A stretch of 64,000 bases of DNA from Candidatus Poribacteria bacterium. GTDB taxonomy: Bacteria; Poribacteria; WGA-4E; PCPOR2b. The notes below the pieces were generated by a model. The model was given only the letters and a program-made list of their open reading frames with translations. It ran no database searches and was not told the origin of the DNA. The position numbers and the translations under genes were made by a program. This document shows, piece after piece, positions 40,333 to 49,439 of the stretch (the first letter of the stretch is position 1; every line of letters starts with the position of its first letter). The stretch covers positions 4,000,001 through 4,064,000 of the forward strand of contig OZ240245.1 in NCBI GenBank assembly GCA_965198175.1. The letters run 5' to 3'.

Positions 40333-40361
40333 ATTGTAACAGAAAATTGATTGAGTATCAA
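40333..40361 (-). promoter_or_regulatory. Sigma70-type promoter for the CBS-CBS-korAB unit
   Basis: TTGATA-N17-TACAAT on the minus strand. Confidence 0.6.
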
Positions 40362-40394
40362 ACAAAAAGATCTGTATTTCTGAAGGATGAGAAT

Positions 40395-40433
40395 AAAAAA
40401 GCCGAGTAGAGAAAGGCACTCTACCTCGGCTTT
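40395..40433 (-). terminator. Rho-independent terminator
   Basis: aaagccgag-tagag..ctcta-c-ctcggcttt hairpin followed by a T-run on the minus strand. Confidence 0.75.
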
Positions 40434-40490
40434 ACATCCCTAAATCTAATCATCGAGCAGGGTGTTACCATCAGTGCTCCCAATAAGTAG

Positions 40491-40676
40491 CTATGAACGA
40501 AGTTTTCGGTAGAGATAAATCACCGCAACGCCAATCGCAATGAGCAATACTACCGTAACGACAATCTCAAAAATCCAAGAGACAATAGGGAAAACAATAT
40601 GTATGATAATCTGAAAGGCGAAATAGACAAGGACCAATATTAACGCCAACAAGACGAGATTTCTGAGGAGTTTCAT
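40491..40676 (-). CDS. Small two-TM membrane protein
   Basis: Hydrophobic 61-aa ORF with a basic C-terminus, followed by a terminator. Confidence 0.7.
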   Translation of the reverse strand: MKLLRNLVLLALILVLVYFAFQIIIHIVFPIVSWIFEIVVTVVLLIAIGVAVIYLYRKLRS

Positions 40677-40854
40677 TGAATTTTCCACCTTGTAGGAATA
40701 ACGGTTTTACGGAGATATGACCGAGACTCTGAGGATGACGGCAATGAACCGCTGGCTTTGTATCAAAGGTTAAGTAACCCCATGATTCATTCTGATCGTT
40801 TTGCTTTGAGAGTTACGAATTCAGCGTTTCGATTCGGTTCGTCAAACTCAAGGA

Positions 40855-41361
40855 TTACACACTGTATCGTCCCAATGTGTCCTCATCCAAGTTCTCCAGG
40901 GTGCTCTTTGAGTCTTGTTTTTGAGACTCTTTCAAATCTTCTTCGGAGAAACCGTTCTCTTCCAGGATATGTTCAGCAACATGAATGGGTGCGTCGAGCC
41001 TTAATGCGAGAGCAATTGCATCACTTGGTCGGGAATCGATCTCGATTTTCTTACCCTTCACGTTAAGGTTAATCTGACCCAAGTATGTTCCACCTTCTCC
41101 TTCCGAAGGAAGCACCGAATGTACGAAGATGGAGTCAACCTCTGTTTCAAGGCTTTCAATGATGTTCTTCATCAAATCATGCGTCATTGGGCGAGGAAGA
41201 CTGGATGAACTCTTAAGTTTTGATTGGATAGCCATAGCTTCTGCGTGTCCAATCCAGATTGGCAACACCCGCTTGGGATTGCCTTCCTTCTCTTTCAGAA
41301 GAACTATTGGCATATTTGCTCTTGTATCAACAGAAACGATTGCAACTTCTACCTCAACCAT
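40855..41361 (-). CDS. Bifunctional nuclease domain protein (DUF151/BFN)
   Basis: LPIWIGHAEA, RPMTHDL, IDSRPSDAIALA. Confidence 0.93.
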   Translation of the reverse strand: MVEVEVAIVSVDTRANMPIVLLKEKEGNPKRVLPIWIGHAEAMAIQSKLKSSSSLPRPMTHDLMKNIIESLETEVDSIFVHSVLPSEGEGGTYLGQINLNVKGKKIEIDSRPSDAIALALRLDAPIHVAEHILEENGFSEEDLKESQKQDSKSTLENLDEDTLGRYSV

Positions 41362-41496
41362 GGTTGCTCCTCCTTGTTATTTTGATTTCGTTCACCGATG
41401 ATGCTCTCTGCATTATAAGCGTTTTACCGTATACAAGGCAAGGGCGTAATTCAGTAAATCTCCCACACCTACTTACCTCCGTGGTTGTCTTCCAAA

Positions 41497-42153
41497 CTAT
41501 CTTTTGTTAAGTTGCTGGACCTTATAGCAATTCATTTGTGCATCATAGTCCCACAACACGACTCTTTGACCCTGTCTAATACGCGATTCCCCTTCGTCGA
41601 TCCGGCAGAATATTGTCACATTGAACGGAACATCTTCAGTGCGTGCCATGCCAAACTCAGTATTCACGTCAATGCTCGTAACTGTCGCCACCGTGCCGAC
41701 AAGGTCGGCTCGATGAATTGCAGCCATTTGGGCAGTCGGGAATACGAAGCCGATACCCTGTGATAGAAAGCGGGTCATCAGACTACTCAGGATAAAGGCG
41801 ACAAAAGCTGAGACAAGAAGGGCTGGGAAAACAAAACCTCCGAACAACGGGATGAGCCAGTGATTACACACGAACCCTACAAACCCCCAGTAAAGAATAA
41901 AGGGAGCAACAACCATAAAGGGAGGGAGGCGACCCGCATTTAGAAAAGTGAAGAAGCGATTTAGCACGGCGCCTTCCTGCAACCTGGGCAACCGATCCGC
42001 CGCGATGACGCCCAAATCCCCGAATCCTGCTTCCAAACCACCGATATCTGATGCTGTCAATGTATGCAAGAATAGATAAATCAGTGCGATGAGTATAGGT
42101 AGGACGAATAATAGATTGTACCAACGGGTGAGTTCAACGAGAAAATCCAACAT
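41497..42153 (-). CDS. YqiJ/NfeD-like membrane protein with C-terminal OB fold
   Basis: TM helices; FLNAGRLPP; DLVGTVATVT..G.A..IFCR..IRQGQRVVLWDYD. Confidence 0.7.
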   Translation of the reverse strand: MLDFLVELTRWYNLLFVLPILIALIYLFLHTLTASDIGGLEAGFGDLGVIAADRLPRLQEGAVLNRFFTFLNAGRLPPFMVVAPFILYWGFVGFVCNHWLIPLFGGFVFPALLVSAFVAFILSSLMTRFLSQGIGFVFPTAQMAAIHRADLVGTVATVTSIDVNTEFGMARTEDVPFNVTIFCRIDEGESRIRQGQRVVLWDYDAQMNCYKVQQLNKR

Positions 42154-42205
42154 GATTAATATCTCAGACGTGAAATGCAATGCGTATGTAGCAAGGAAAT
42201 GAACG

Positions 42206-42607
42206 TCATTCTCGTTTCGGCGCAATCTGCAAGGAAATCAATTCAAGCGCCAGTTTGGCTTCACGGTAACTGACACGATTGACGAGATATCTATCACTGT
42301 TACGTTTATCAATTTCGACGCAAGCTTGCCGTAACAGACGGTGTTTCCATTGACGACTCAGCTTTACCGCCGATATTTCAGAAAATAGCAGGTTACACCG
42401 AATGTTGGTGTAGGAGGCGCCCAAGCTGCCCATACTCCGTTCCTCCAACACTAGCAATCGACGTGAGGTGATGATAACAAAATCTGGGCTCAGGAAATTT
42501 GATCTGCCAAGCAGGCACAATTGAACACCCTCATTCGCACCCAGCTGCGATCCGACTGCATCACGAATTCGAGATGGCAGGTGTTGAAACTCAGCCATCT
42601 TGCCCAT
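42206..42607 (-). CDS. Bacterial PH-domain-like protein
   Basis: LGANE..FVIITSRRLL..FSEISAV pattern; AAGGAG RBS. Confidence 0.65.
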   Translation of the reverse strand: MGKMAEFQHLPSRIRDAVGSQLGANEGVQLCLLGRSNFLSPDFVIITSRRLLVLEERSMGSLGASYTNIRCNLLFSEISAVKLSRQWKHRLLRQACVEIDKRNSDRYLVNRVSYREAKLALELISLQIAPKRE

Positions 42608-42807
42608 GACTCCTTAACTTACTTCTATCCTTGTGCTCAATGTGTTCAACACCACCTTAATGCCACGCTTCAGAAAATCAGGTGACGCCGTAAGCGGTGC
42701 AGGATTTAAAACAGAATATATTCTATGGTAGGTTACGAATAGAAGGCGTGTGCAAACCACTGAGATTGGGTAAGGGTACCATTATAAAATGGGCATGGTC
42801 ACGAGTT

Positions 42808-42831
42808 GTCAGGCGTGAATTCACACCTGAC
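42808..42831. terminator. Hairpin downstream of ssrA
   Basis: gtcaggcgtgaa-ttcacacctgac near-perfect palindrome. Confidence 0.4.
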
Positions 42832-42876
42832 GAATGATGACAAGCCCCAACCGAACCCGCAAACTAAAAAACGTGA

Positions 42877-43229
42877 TGGAGGTGGCGGGAATCGAACCCG
42901 CGTCCGGATGCATTTCAACAAAGGCTACTACATGCTTAGCATAAGTATTGGTATTTCGCTGCAGCGACTCCCTTATGCCGGATTCACGTTAGCTATCCCC
43001 AGTAAGTCTCGCGGGTTGCCCCTGAAGAACAGACAAATCGCAGAGCCCGTATCTCGACGCTCGGCTAACCCGACGGGCCGCAGGCAAACCGAACGTAGCC
43101 GCTTTAAGCGGCTAGAGCCAATTCTTCGTAATCGGCAGTTGTGTTTGTTCCGCCTGTTTAACGAGGCCTGCGGAGACCTCGGCATGCAACCTGTGTCTCA
43201 TCTACTTCCGTCGAAACCTTTTCACCCCC
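42877..43229 (-). ncRNA. ssrA: tmRNA; tag reading frame ADYEELALAA* at 43136-43104
   Basis: 5' GGGGGTGAAAAGGTTTCGAC; 3' GGGTTCGATTCCCGCCACCTCCA; Ala-type G3-U wobble in the acceptor stem; tag ends in LAA; adjacent to smpB; CCA not encoded. Confidence 0.97.
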
Positions 43230-43277
43230 TGAACAGTGAGCAAGAGCTCTGCGGTCAAGACCTATCTTGCCCTATTA

Positions 43278-43748
43278 TCATACCGAATATCGTTGTTTGT
43301 ACAATTGGATTGCGCGTCTATCCGCATCCTTTTTGAGATCTTCTCGCTTGTCGTAAGCTTGTTTGCCGCGTGCCACCGCGATTTCGACTTTTACCACCCC
43401 GCTGCTAAAGTAGGCTTTGGTCGGCACAATTGTCATCCCGGAAGAATACGTTTTGTCGGCGATTTTCTTAATTTCTCTGCGATGCAACAGCAACTTGCGT
43501 GCTCGTTTCGGATCGTGGTTTTCACGGTTCCCATGCGCGTAAGCTGCAATGTGTGCATCGAGTAAAAACGTCTCGCCGCCTTGGATGCGTACATAACTAT
43601 CTGTCAGACTAAAGTTGCCATCGCGGATGGATTTGACCTCTGTACCTTGCAACACGATTCCCGCTTCAAAACAATCCTGCAAGTGATACTCGTGACGTGC
43701 TTTTCGGTTAACAGTAATGGTCTTGATTGGCGCAGCCACATTCATCAC
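43278..43748 (-). CDS. smpB: SsrA-binding protein
   Basis: NRKARHEY, EAGIVLQGTEVKS, RKLLLHRREI, ARGKQAYDKR. Confidence 0.98.
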   Translation of the reverse strand: MMNVAAPIKTITVNRKARHEYHLQDCFEAGIVLQGTEVKSIRDGNFSLTDSYVRIQGGETFLLDAHIAAYAHGNRENHDPKRARKLLLHRREIKKIADKTYSSGMTIVPTKAYFSSGVVKVEIAVARGKQAYDKREDLKKDADRRAIQLYKQRYSV

Positions 43749-43756
43749 CCGGTTGA

Positions 43757-43785
43757 ATTATAGCACAAACAGGACGATGACGCAA
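43757..43785 (-). promoter_or_regulatory. Sigma70 promoter with extended -10 for smpB-ssrA
   Basis: TTGCGT-N17-TATAAT with TGn immediately before the -10. Confidence 0.65.
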
Positions 43786-43802
43786 GGAAAAGAAAGTTGA
43801 GT

Positions 43803-43834
43803 GTCGGGATTCGCTATCGTGTAACCCAACCTAC
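43803..43834 (-). repeat. GTAG-type REP-like palindrome
   Basis: Minus strand reads gtaggttgggttacacgatagcgaatcccgac. Confidence 0.6.
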
Positions 43835-43948
43835 ACCGGTGGACGTCTCTCGTTCAGATTTTCATTAGTCAGAGGGAGAATCTTTTTTGATGTTACTCCA
43901 TTCGGGCAACTATTAGCAAGTAGAAAGTACTAATTTATCTGATTCTCT

Positions 43949-45244
43949 TTATTCCTGCATCAATAGGTTGTCGCCGGCATCAATGAATCCCCATTTCCCA
44001 TTCAACTTAATCGCTGCTAACCCTTCTGAAAAGTCGCGGGCCATATGATATTTAGGTTTTATGATATATTTACGCGTTTTATCAATATATCCCCATTTTC
44101 CGATACTGCCGCCCGCTAGCTCTGCCCAAGCGGAAATGGGTTTACCAACATTTACTTTTGCTAATCCCTCTGAAAAATCTCCAGCACCGTTGAATTGGGG
44201 CTTGATAGTTAACTTTCCCGTTTTATCAATGTATCCGTATTTATCAATGACTTTAGCCCATGCTAATCCCTCTGAGAAACTGCCAGCATCATTAAATTGA
44301 GGGGCAATCACAATTACCCCTTTTTGGTTAACAAAAACATGCTTCAGGTCCCCATCCCAGAACGCATCACCTTCCACGTCCCACATAGTGCAATGAGCCA
44401 GTCCCTCTGAAAAGTAGCTCACCAAATTGAACCGTGGTTCAACGGCTATATTTCCAGATCTGTCAATGTATCCCCATAGTGTTGGTTTGCCCACCTCGGC
44501 GACGGGAGCGATTGGTGCAAATCCTTCCCGAAAATTCCTTGCGTGATGAAACACAGCTTCAATTACAATACTACCAGCCTTGTCAATATAACCGTATATC
44601 GGATAGCCATCCTTTCCCATTCGTTGCACCGGCGCAACCCCTTCCGAAAATGATGGAGCGAACGATGACGGAAATTTACGAACTTCAGAAAGCTCGGATT
44701 CGTCAAGCCTCTTCAGATATTTTTCAGCATATAGAGGAAACTCAAGACTATCTAACCGGATAACCATTTTACCTTGTTGATTGATATAAAGGGGTTTGCC
44801 ATTTTTTGAGACCCAAGCTAGTCCATCTGAAAACGGTTTCGCCGAATCGAATTGAGGATCGATCGCTATCCGTCCTTGTTTATTGATATACCCATACTTT
44901 CCGTTAAGAACAACAACAGCTAACCCTTCCGAAAATGAAAAAGGATTTCCCATGAGTTCCAAGAACTCCAAGTATGCTTTAGTATATGGTAATCCATCGT
45001 CAGTGTGCGGTAATTCAAACTGAGGACGAATCACTATCCTGCCTGTCGTGTCTAAGTATCCATATTTGTTACCAACAACGACAAAGGCTAACCCTTCGGA
45101 AAATGAGCCAGCGCCATCGAACCACAAACCACAGCCTGGATTAGATTCTGCGTAGAGCAAGGTTGGAAGCACGAGCAATATGCATAATTTTGATAGATGT
45201 TGAATGCAGTCATGCATCCGATCTGACACAGAATAGAAACTCAA
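43949..45244 (-). CDS. WG-repeat-containing secreted protein
   Basis: About 8 repeats of F(S/R)(E/D)G(L/V/F)A....(Y/W)GYI(D/N)..G..(I/V).P.F; signal-like N-terminus; start uncertain. Confidence 0.92.
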   Translation of the reverse strand: MSFYSVSDRMHDCIQHLSKLCILLVLPTLLYAESNPGCGLWFDGAGSFSEGLAFVVVGNKYGYLDTTGRIVIRPQFELPHTDDGLPYTKAYLEFLELMGNPFSFSEGLAVVVLNGKYGYINKQGRIAIDPQFDSAKPFSDGLAWVSKNGKPLYINQQGKMVIRLDSLEFPLYAEKYLKRLDESELSEVRKFPSSFAPSFSEGVAPVQRMGKDGYPIYGYIDKAGSIVIEAVFHHARNFREGFAPIAPVAEVGKPTLWGYIDRSGNIAVEPRFNLVSYFSEGLAHCTMWDVEGDAFWDGDLKHVFVNQKGVIVIAPQFNDAGSFSEGLAWAKVIDKYGYIDKTGKLTIKPQFNGAGDFSEGLAKVNVGKPISAWAELAGGSIGKWGYIDKTRKYIIKPKYHMARDFSEGLAAIKLNGKWGFIDAGDNLLMQE

Positions 45245-45349
45245 GATTTTCCTCCTAAGCGGATTTTGTAGACATGAGATTCAATGGGTGGGGTTACAAT
45301 GAAGTGCGGATTTAACAATCAACGTCATTACAAGCATTAGTAGTAGTAA

Positions 45350-45450
45350 GTAAGTTGGGTTGAACGGTAAAAAGCGAATCCATTCCCAGGGAAATGAAAG
45401 TGCAGTTTTCCAACGATGGTCTTGTACATGAAAAGAGCGGAACTCAACAT
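45350..45450 (+). repeat. REP-like element related to 10825-10910
   Basis: gtaagttgggttgaacggtaaaaagcgaa...gaactcaac. Confidence 0.55.
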
Positions 45451-45617
45451 ACATTGCCAAGATGTAGATTGTTTCAGCGCGTGTGAACATTCACCTTCAG
45501 TCCAACCGGAAATTCGCAGATTGATAATCACTCATTATATTTGGGCAGAGGAAAGTCGTCTTTGGCCTATAATGTCAGATCATTATTGAAGGGATTCCGC
45601 TAACTACAACAAACTGT

Positions 45618-46676
45618 TTATAGCCAACGCGTCATCGGTGTTAATTCAAATGGGTCGATTCTGTTTTCTGATTCACGAATAGACTCAGCTTCATCAGGCT
45701 GCTCGACGAGATATGCCTCTAGCGATTCCTCAATATCAGCGTTCTTAGCTTTCAAAATTGTTTCATGCCAGTCCCGCAACAATGGAGTATAACCAGGGAT
45801 TCCAACTCGTTGTTCTAACTTAAATTGATTCCGCCGCATAGCAAGTAAGTAAAGATTCACATCTTCTGTTGTATTTACTTGTTCGGAATACTTTTTGAGA
45901 GTTACGATCTGACGCTCTAAGGAGACGCTTGCTACGATGCTTTCTTGATTCTCCTTCAAGAGTTCTTCAAGCGCTTCAAGCTCATGAGTTCGCTTGGCAG
46001 GTATTGTCCTCCACAGATGATTGCGTTCCATGTCCGAACCTAAATTAGTTGAATGAACAGAGTTTTCTGCAATAGAAGCAAAACCTCCACGTTCACCAAT
46101 ACCCAAGTGTACGCGAGTATCCCAATTTTCATCGGCAAGGCGCAATTCTTGATTCCCTAAATGGACACGCTCTATATTCTCTCGATCGTAGATTGATAAT
46201 CCATCTTTCGGCGTCAATGAAAGCCGCTTTTCACCCATCTCGGCGTCAAAAAATGTCAGACCATGAGCATTTAACGTGACGCGCGGCTCATCTGTGTTGC
46301 TATCATAAATAGTTAATCCGTGTCGTCCTAGGTGTAGATAAATCTTCGGAATCATATTCTTATCGTATTCGAGAAATCTTAAGCCCGGCAATGTTCCCAA
46401 GTCATCTAACTCCCAATTGTTAATATCGCCCTTTTGCTTGTAGCGAAAAATGTACCATAAGACAATTAAACATACAGCTTCAAAAACTATGAGAATCGCT
46501 AGCCCCTTTCGGACAATTGTAGGAAGAAGCGTATCGTCAAATAATAGCACTCCTATCGAAAGGTACATTAAGATTTGCAATAAGGTTGGCATCCATAGGA
46601 ATGTCTTACGAAGCGCTTTCTTTCCTTGAGCGTCCCCCAATTTTCCACCTGATAAATTACCATCTGATGGTTTCAA
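45618..46676 (-). CDS. Hypothetical protein with 2 TM, short beta-repeats and a helical C-terminus
   Basis: AGGAGG RBS before TTG; repeats of GL(T/S)(I/F)(Y/F)D....R..L. Confidence 0.75.
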   Translation of the reverse strand: MKPSDGNLSGGKLGDAQGKKALRKTFLWMPTLLQILMYLSIGVLLFDDTLLPTIVRKGLAILIVFEAVCLIVLWYIFRYKQKGDINNWELDDLGTLPGLRFLEYDKNMIPKIYLHLGRHGLTIYDSNTDEPRVTLNAHGLTFFDAEMGEKRLSLTPKDGLSIYDRENIERVHLGNQELRLADENWDTRVHLGIGERGGFASIAENSVHSTNLGSDMERNHLWRTIPAKRTHELEALEELLKENQESIVASVSLERQIVTLKKYSEQVNTTEDVNLYLLAMRRNQFKLEQRVGIPGYTPLLRDWHETILKAKNADIEESLEAYLVEQPDEAESIRESENRIDPFELTPMTRWL

Positions 46677-46891
46677 TTTGACCTCCTAGTTGAAGTGAAC
46701 GCCACAGACATGGTTTTGGCGCAGGTTTAGGGATTCGTATCAATATTTGAGACACAACTCACGTCAAGCCTGTGAGCAATAAGTATTTCCGCACGTACGG
46801 GAACAATACCCTACAAACGGGCAGACCCGCAAGAGGAGAACATACAACCTATCCTGACACAGTTGAACCGAATTGTCGCTGGGGCTTAAAA

Positions 46892-47174
46892 TTATCCATG
46901 AAGACTTGCGCGGCGATTGGCAGTTTTTAGATCGTCGATACTTTGCAGACTGGTTTTGGCGCCGATCAGAACGGCGTCCAGTTCGGTCGTTTCGTTCCAT
47001 CTCAGCGCTTTCAAGACTTCCGACGCGGCTTTTAGTCTGACTTCTTCATCTTCGCTATTGAGCAGCACTCAATCGCTGCGAAGGCTATCTCTACAATTTC
47101 AGCGAATCTTTTCGACTGCGATTGTTTTAGTTCGGCTAATTTCTGTCCAATTCGTCTTGAAAATCGTCAGCCTT
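46892..47174 (-). pseudogene. Frameshifted C-terminal remnant of a small helical protein, possibly HTH/terminase-small-subunit-like
   Basis: Frame-hopping translation DFQDELD/KLAELKQSQSKRFAEIVEIAFAAIE/LLNSEDEEVRLKAASEVLK; 5' end abuts the MITE-like element. Confidence 0.4.
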
Positions 47175-47336
47175 TAGGACTTTCGCAGTTAATTACCTTT
47201 CCCCTTGACAAGGGGGAATTGGGGGGTTGCCCTTCTGCTTATGTAGGAGGGACATCCCTGTCCCGACCTTCGGGGCTAGGAAGCCCCTCCTACAGATATT
47301 GCCATCCCTTTGGGTGTTCCCACTGCGTAAGTCCTA
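47175..47336. mobile_element. MITE-like element, 162 bp, 15-bp terminal inverted repeats with TA ends
   Basis: taggactttcgcagt ... actgcgtaagtccta (1 mismatch); non-coding; contains nested palindromes. Confidence 0.7.
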
Positions 47337-47354
47337 TCGTTTTATTTTTGCTCG

Positions 47355-47386
47355 ATTTGACAAAATTTGACAGAATTTGACAAAAT
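47355..47386. repeat. Three 10-bp direct repeats ATTTGACA(A/G)A
   Basis: atttgacaaa atttgacaga atttgacaaa. Confidence 0.85.
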
Positions 47387-47508
47387 AAAAAAATGTTCAA
47401 GCTCTTTGCCAACGAAACAGATTCAAAAGTGCAAACTTCGATTTTCACGATAAAGATAGAACAGAAAACCGAGCGAGAAGGACTGTCTTGTAAAGTTTAT
47501 ATATGTTA

Positions 47509-47537
47509 AGTATATCACGCTGATATAGGGCTGTCAA
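47509..47537 (-). promoter_or_regulatory. Near-consensus sigma70 promoter with an overlapping palindromic operator
   Basis: TTGACA-N17-TATACT; tatatca-cgc-tgatata palindrome at 47511-47527. Confidence 0.7.
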
Positions 47538-47626
47538 GAGTATTTTTGTTTTATTTCATCCACTTTGGTTGGTTGGTTGAAATGCGTCTTTGGATTATTG
47601 CTAGTAGGGTAGGGTTGGAATTGAGT

Positions 47627-49426
47627 TTAGGCGATTTCTTGGCCCTTGTATTGAAGTTGATAGAGCCGATAATAGATGCCTTTACGTTCAAGTAACTCGT
47701 TGTGGGTGCCGATCTCGCGGATTTTGCCCCGGTGCATAACGAGGATTTTATCCGAATTCTGAATCGTTGACAGTCGATGGGCAATTACGATTGAGGTACG
47801 ATTCGCCATTAGACGTTTGAGCCCATCTTGGATCAAGAGTTCGGTCTCCGTGTCCACGCTTGATGTAGCTTCGTCGAGGATGAGAATGTCGGGATCGAAA
47901 ACCAAGGCGCGGGCAAAGGCGACGAGTTGTTTTTGACCGACAGAGAGTGCGCTTCCACCTTCTTTGACCTCAGTCGCATATCCGTCCGGCATTTTCTGAA
48001 CGAATGGATCCAGACGCACCTCCTTCGCTGCAGTAATCGCCTGATTCGGCGTAATGTCGTCCGCGCCCAGGCGGAGGTTATTGTCAATCGACCCTGAAAA
48101 CAGAAAGATGTTTTGTTGAACGATACTGATGGCGCGGCGCAAGTCATCTAGTTTCACCTCCCGGATATCTACCCCATCAATCAGAATCCGCCCACAGTTG
48201 ATCTCGTAGAAGCGACACAGGAGGTTGATAATCGAGGTCTTGCCTGCGCCGGTTTGACCGACGATTGCAACTTTTTCACCGGGATTGACTTTGAAGGAGA
48301 CATCGCGAAGGACGTAGTTTTCATCATTATAAGCGAACCAGACACTTTGAAATTCAATTTCGCCTTTCATCGCCCCAATCTCACTCGGCTCATCCACATC
48401 CGCAATTGAGGGCTGCATATCCAAGAGGTCGAAGATTCTTTCGGACGACGCCATCGCGGATTGAAAGATTGTATACTGTTCGCTTAACTCACGGATGGGC
48501 CAGAACAAGCGTTGACCGAATTGAATGAAGGCGACCAATACGCCAAATGTCAGCATACCCTTTAGAATCTGCACCCCTCCATACCAGACGATGATCGCTG
48601 TGACAAGCGAGCCGGCGACCTCAATCAACGGGAAGAAAATCGAGAAATAGAAAACACTTCGGAGTCCCGCTTGCAGGTAAGCCTGATTCCGTTCGTCAAA
48701 TTTTAAGAAACTGCGTCTTTCTTGGGTGAACAACTGGACTGTCGTCATACCAACGATATTTTCCTGCAGAAAGGCGTTGATTCGTGCGAGATGTTTTCGC
48801 TGGTCACGAAACGCGCGGCGGGAATAGATTTGATAAACTGTTGTCGCGGCAAAGATAATCGGGAACACTACGAAAGTAGCTAGGGCAAGTTTCCAGTTCA
48901 AAGACAGCATTATCACCATAATGCCGACGATTTTAATAAGATTGGCGAAGACTGTGATAACCCCTGACGTGAATAGCTCATTGAGTACTTGGACGTCGCC
49001 CATCACGCGGGTCATGAGGCGTCCAACGGGGTTGCGGTCAAAGAAGGCTACGTCCAACTTCTGTAGATGCGAAAAAATTGCCATACGCATATCATACATA
49101 ACCCGCTGCCCTAACATCTGCACCCGGTATTCTTCAAAATAGCTGAAGACAAAGTCCGCCAGCATGGCAAGAATCATATAAAGCGCAAGCCTGCTCAAAC
49201 CGTCCAGCACCCCCGGTTTAATGTAATTGTCAATTGCATTCTGCATGAGCAAGGGACCCACCAATTGCGCGCATGTACTTCCGAGGCTTAGGAACAAGAT
49301 GAACGCGACTTGAAGCCTGTACGGTTTCAGGTAGGCGTCGAGTCGCTTCATCAATACGTGATCATAGATTTTACCGAGGTCGTCTTCTTCTCTGCTGTAT
49401 TCGTGTAGACTCCCGTTCCCAAACAC
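47627..49426 (-). CDS. ABC exporter, fused permease/ATPase (MdlB/MsbA-like)
   Basis: 6-TM domain; GQTGAGKT, LSVGQKQL, ILDEATS, IAHRLST. Confidence 0.95.
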   Translation of the reverse strand: MFGNGSLHEYSREEDDLGKIYDHVLMKRLDAYLKPYRLQVAFILFLSLGSTCAQLVGPLLMQNAIDNYIKPGVLDGLSRLALYMILAMLADFVFSYFEEYRVQMLGQRVMYDMRMAIFSHLQKLDVAFFDRNPVGRLMTRVMGDVQVLNELFTSGVITVFANLIKIVGIMVIMLSLNWKLALATFVVFPIIFAATTVYQIYSRRAFRDQRKHLARINAFLQENIVGMTTVQLFTQERRSFLKFDERNQAYLQAGLRSVFYFSIFFPLIEVAGSLVTAIIVWYGGVQILKGMLTFGVLVAFIQFGQRLFWPIRELSEQYTIFQSAMASSERIFDLLDMQPSIADVDEPSEIGAMKGEIEFQSVWFAYNDENYVLRDVSFKVNPGEKVAIVGQTGAGKTSIINLLCRFYEINCGRILIDGVDIREVKLDDLRRAISIVQQNIFLFSGSIDNNLRLGADDITPNQAITAAKEVRLDPFVQKMPDGYATEVKEGGSALSVGQKQLVAFARALVFDPDILILDEATSSVDTETELLIQDGLKRLMANRTSIVIAHRLSTIQNSDKILVMHRGKIREIGTHNELLERKGIYYRLYQLQYKGQEIA

Positions 49427-49439
49427 AGGTTAAGCCTCC

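Noticed and set aside
42877..42905. tRNA-like T-arm and acceptor sequence
   Set aside because: It is the 3' end of tmRNA, not a separate tRNA.
42806..43336. 176-aa plus-strand ORF
   Set aside because: Antisense shadow of ssrA.
46720..46860. Possible degenerate repeat or ncRNA
   Set aside because: Only weak similarity to the REP-like motifs and no clear structure.
43800..47550. Island integrated at ssrA
   Set aside because: The AT-richer patch lies upstream of smpB, not at the ssrA 3' end; no integrase or att duplication was seen.
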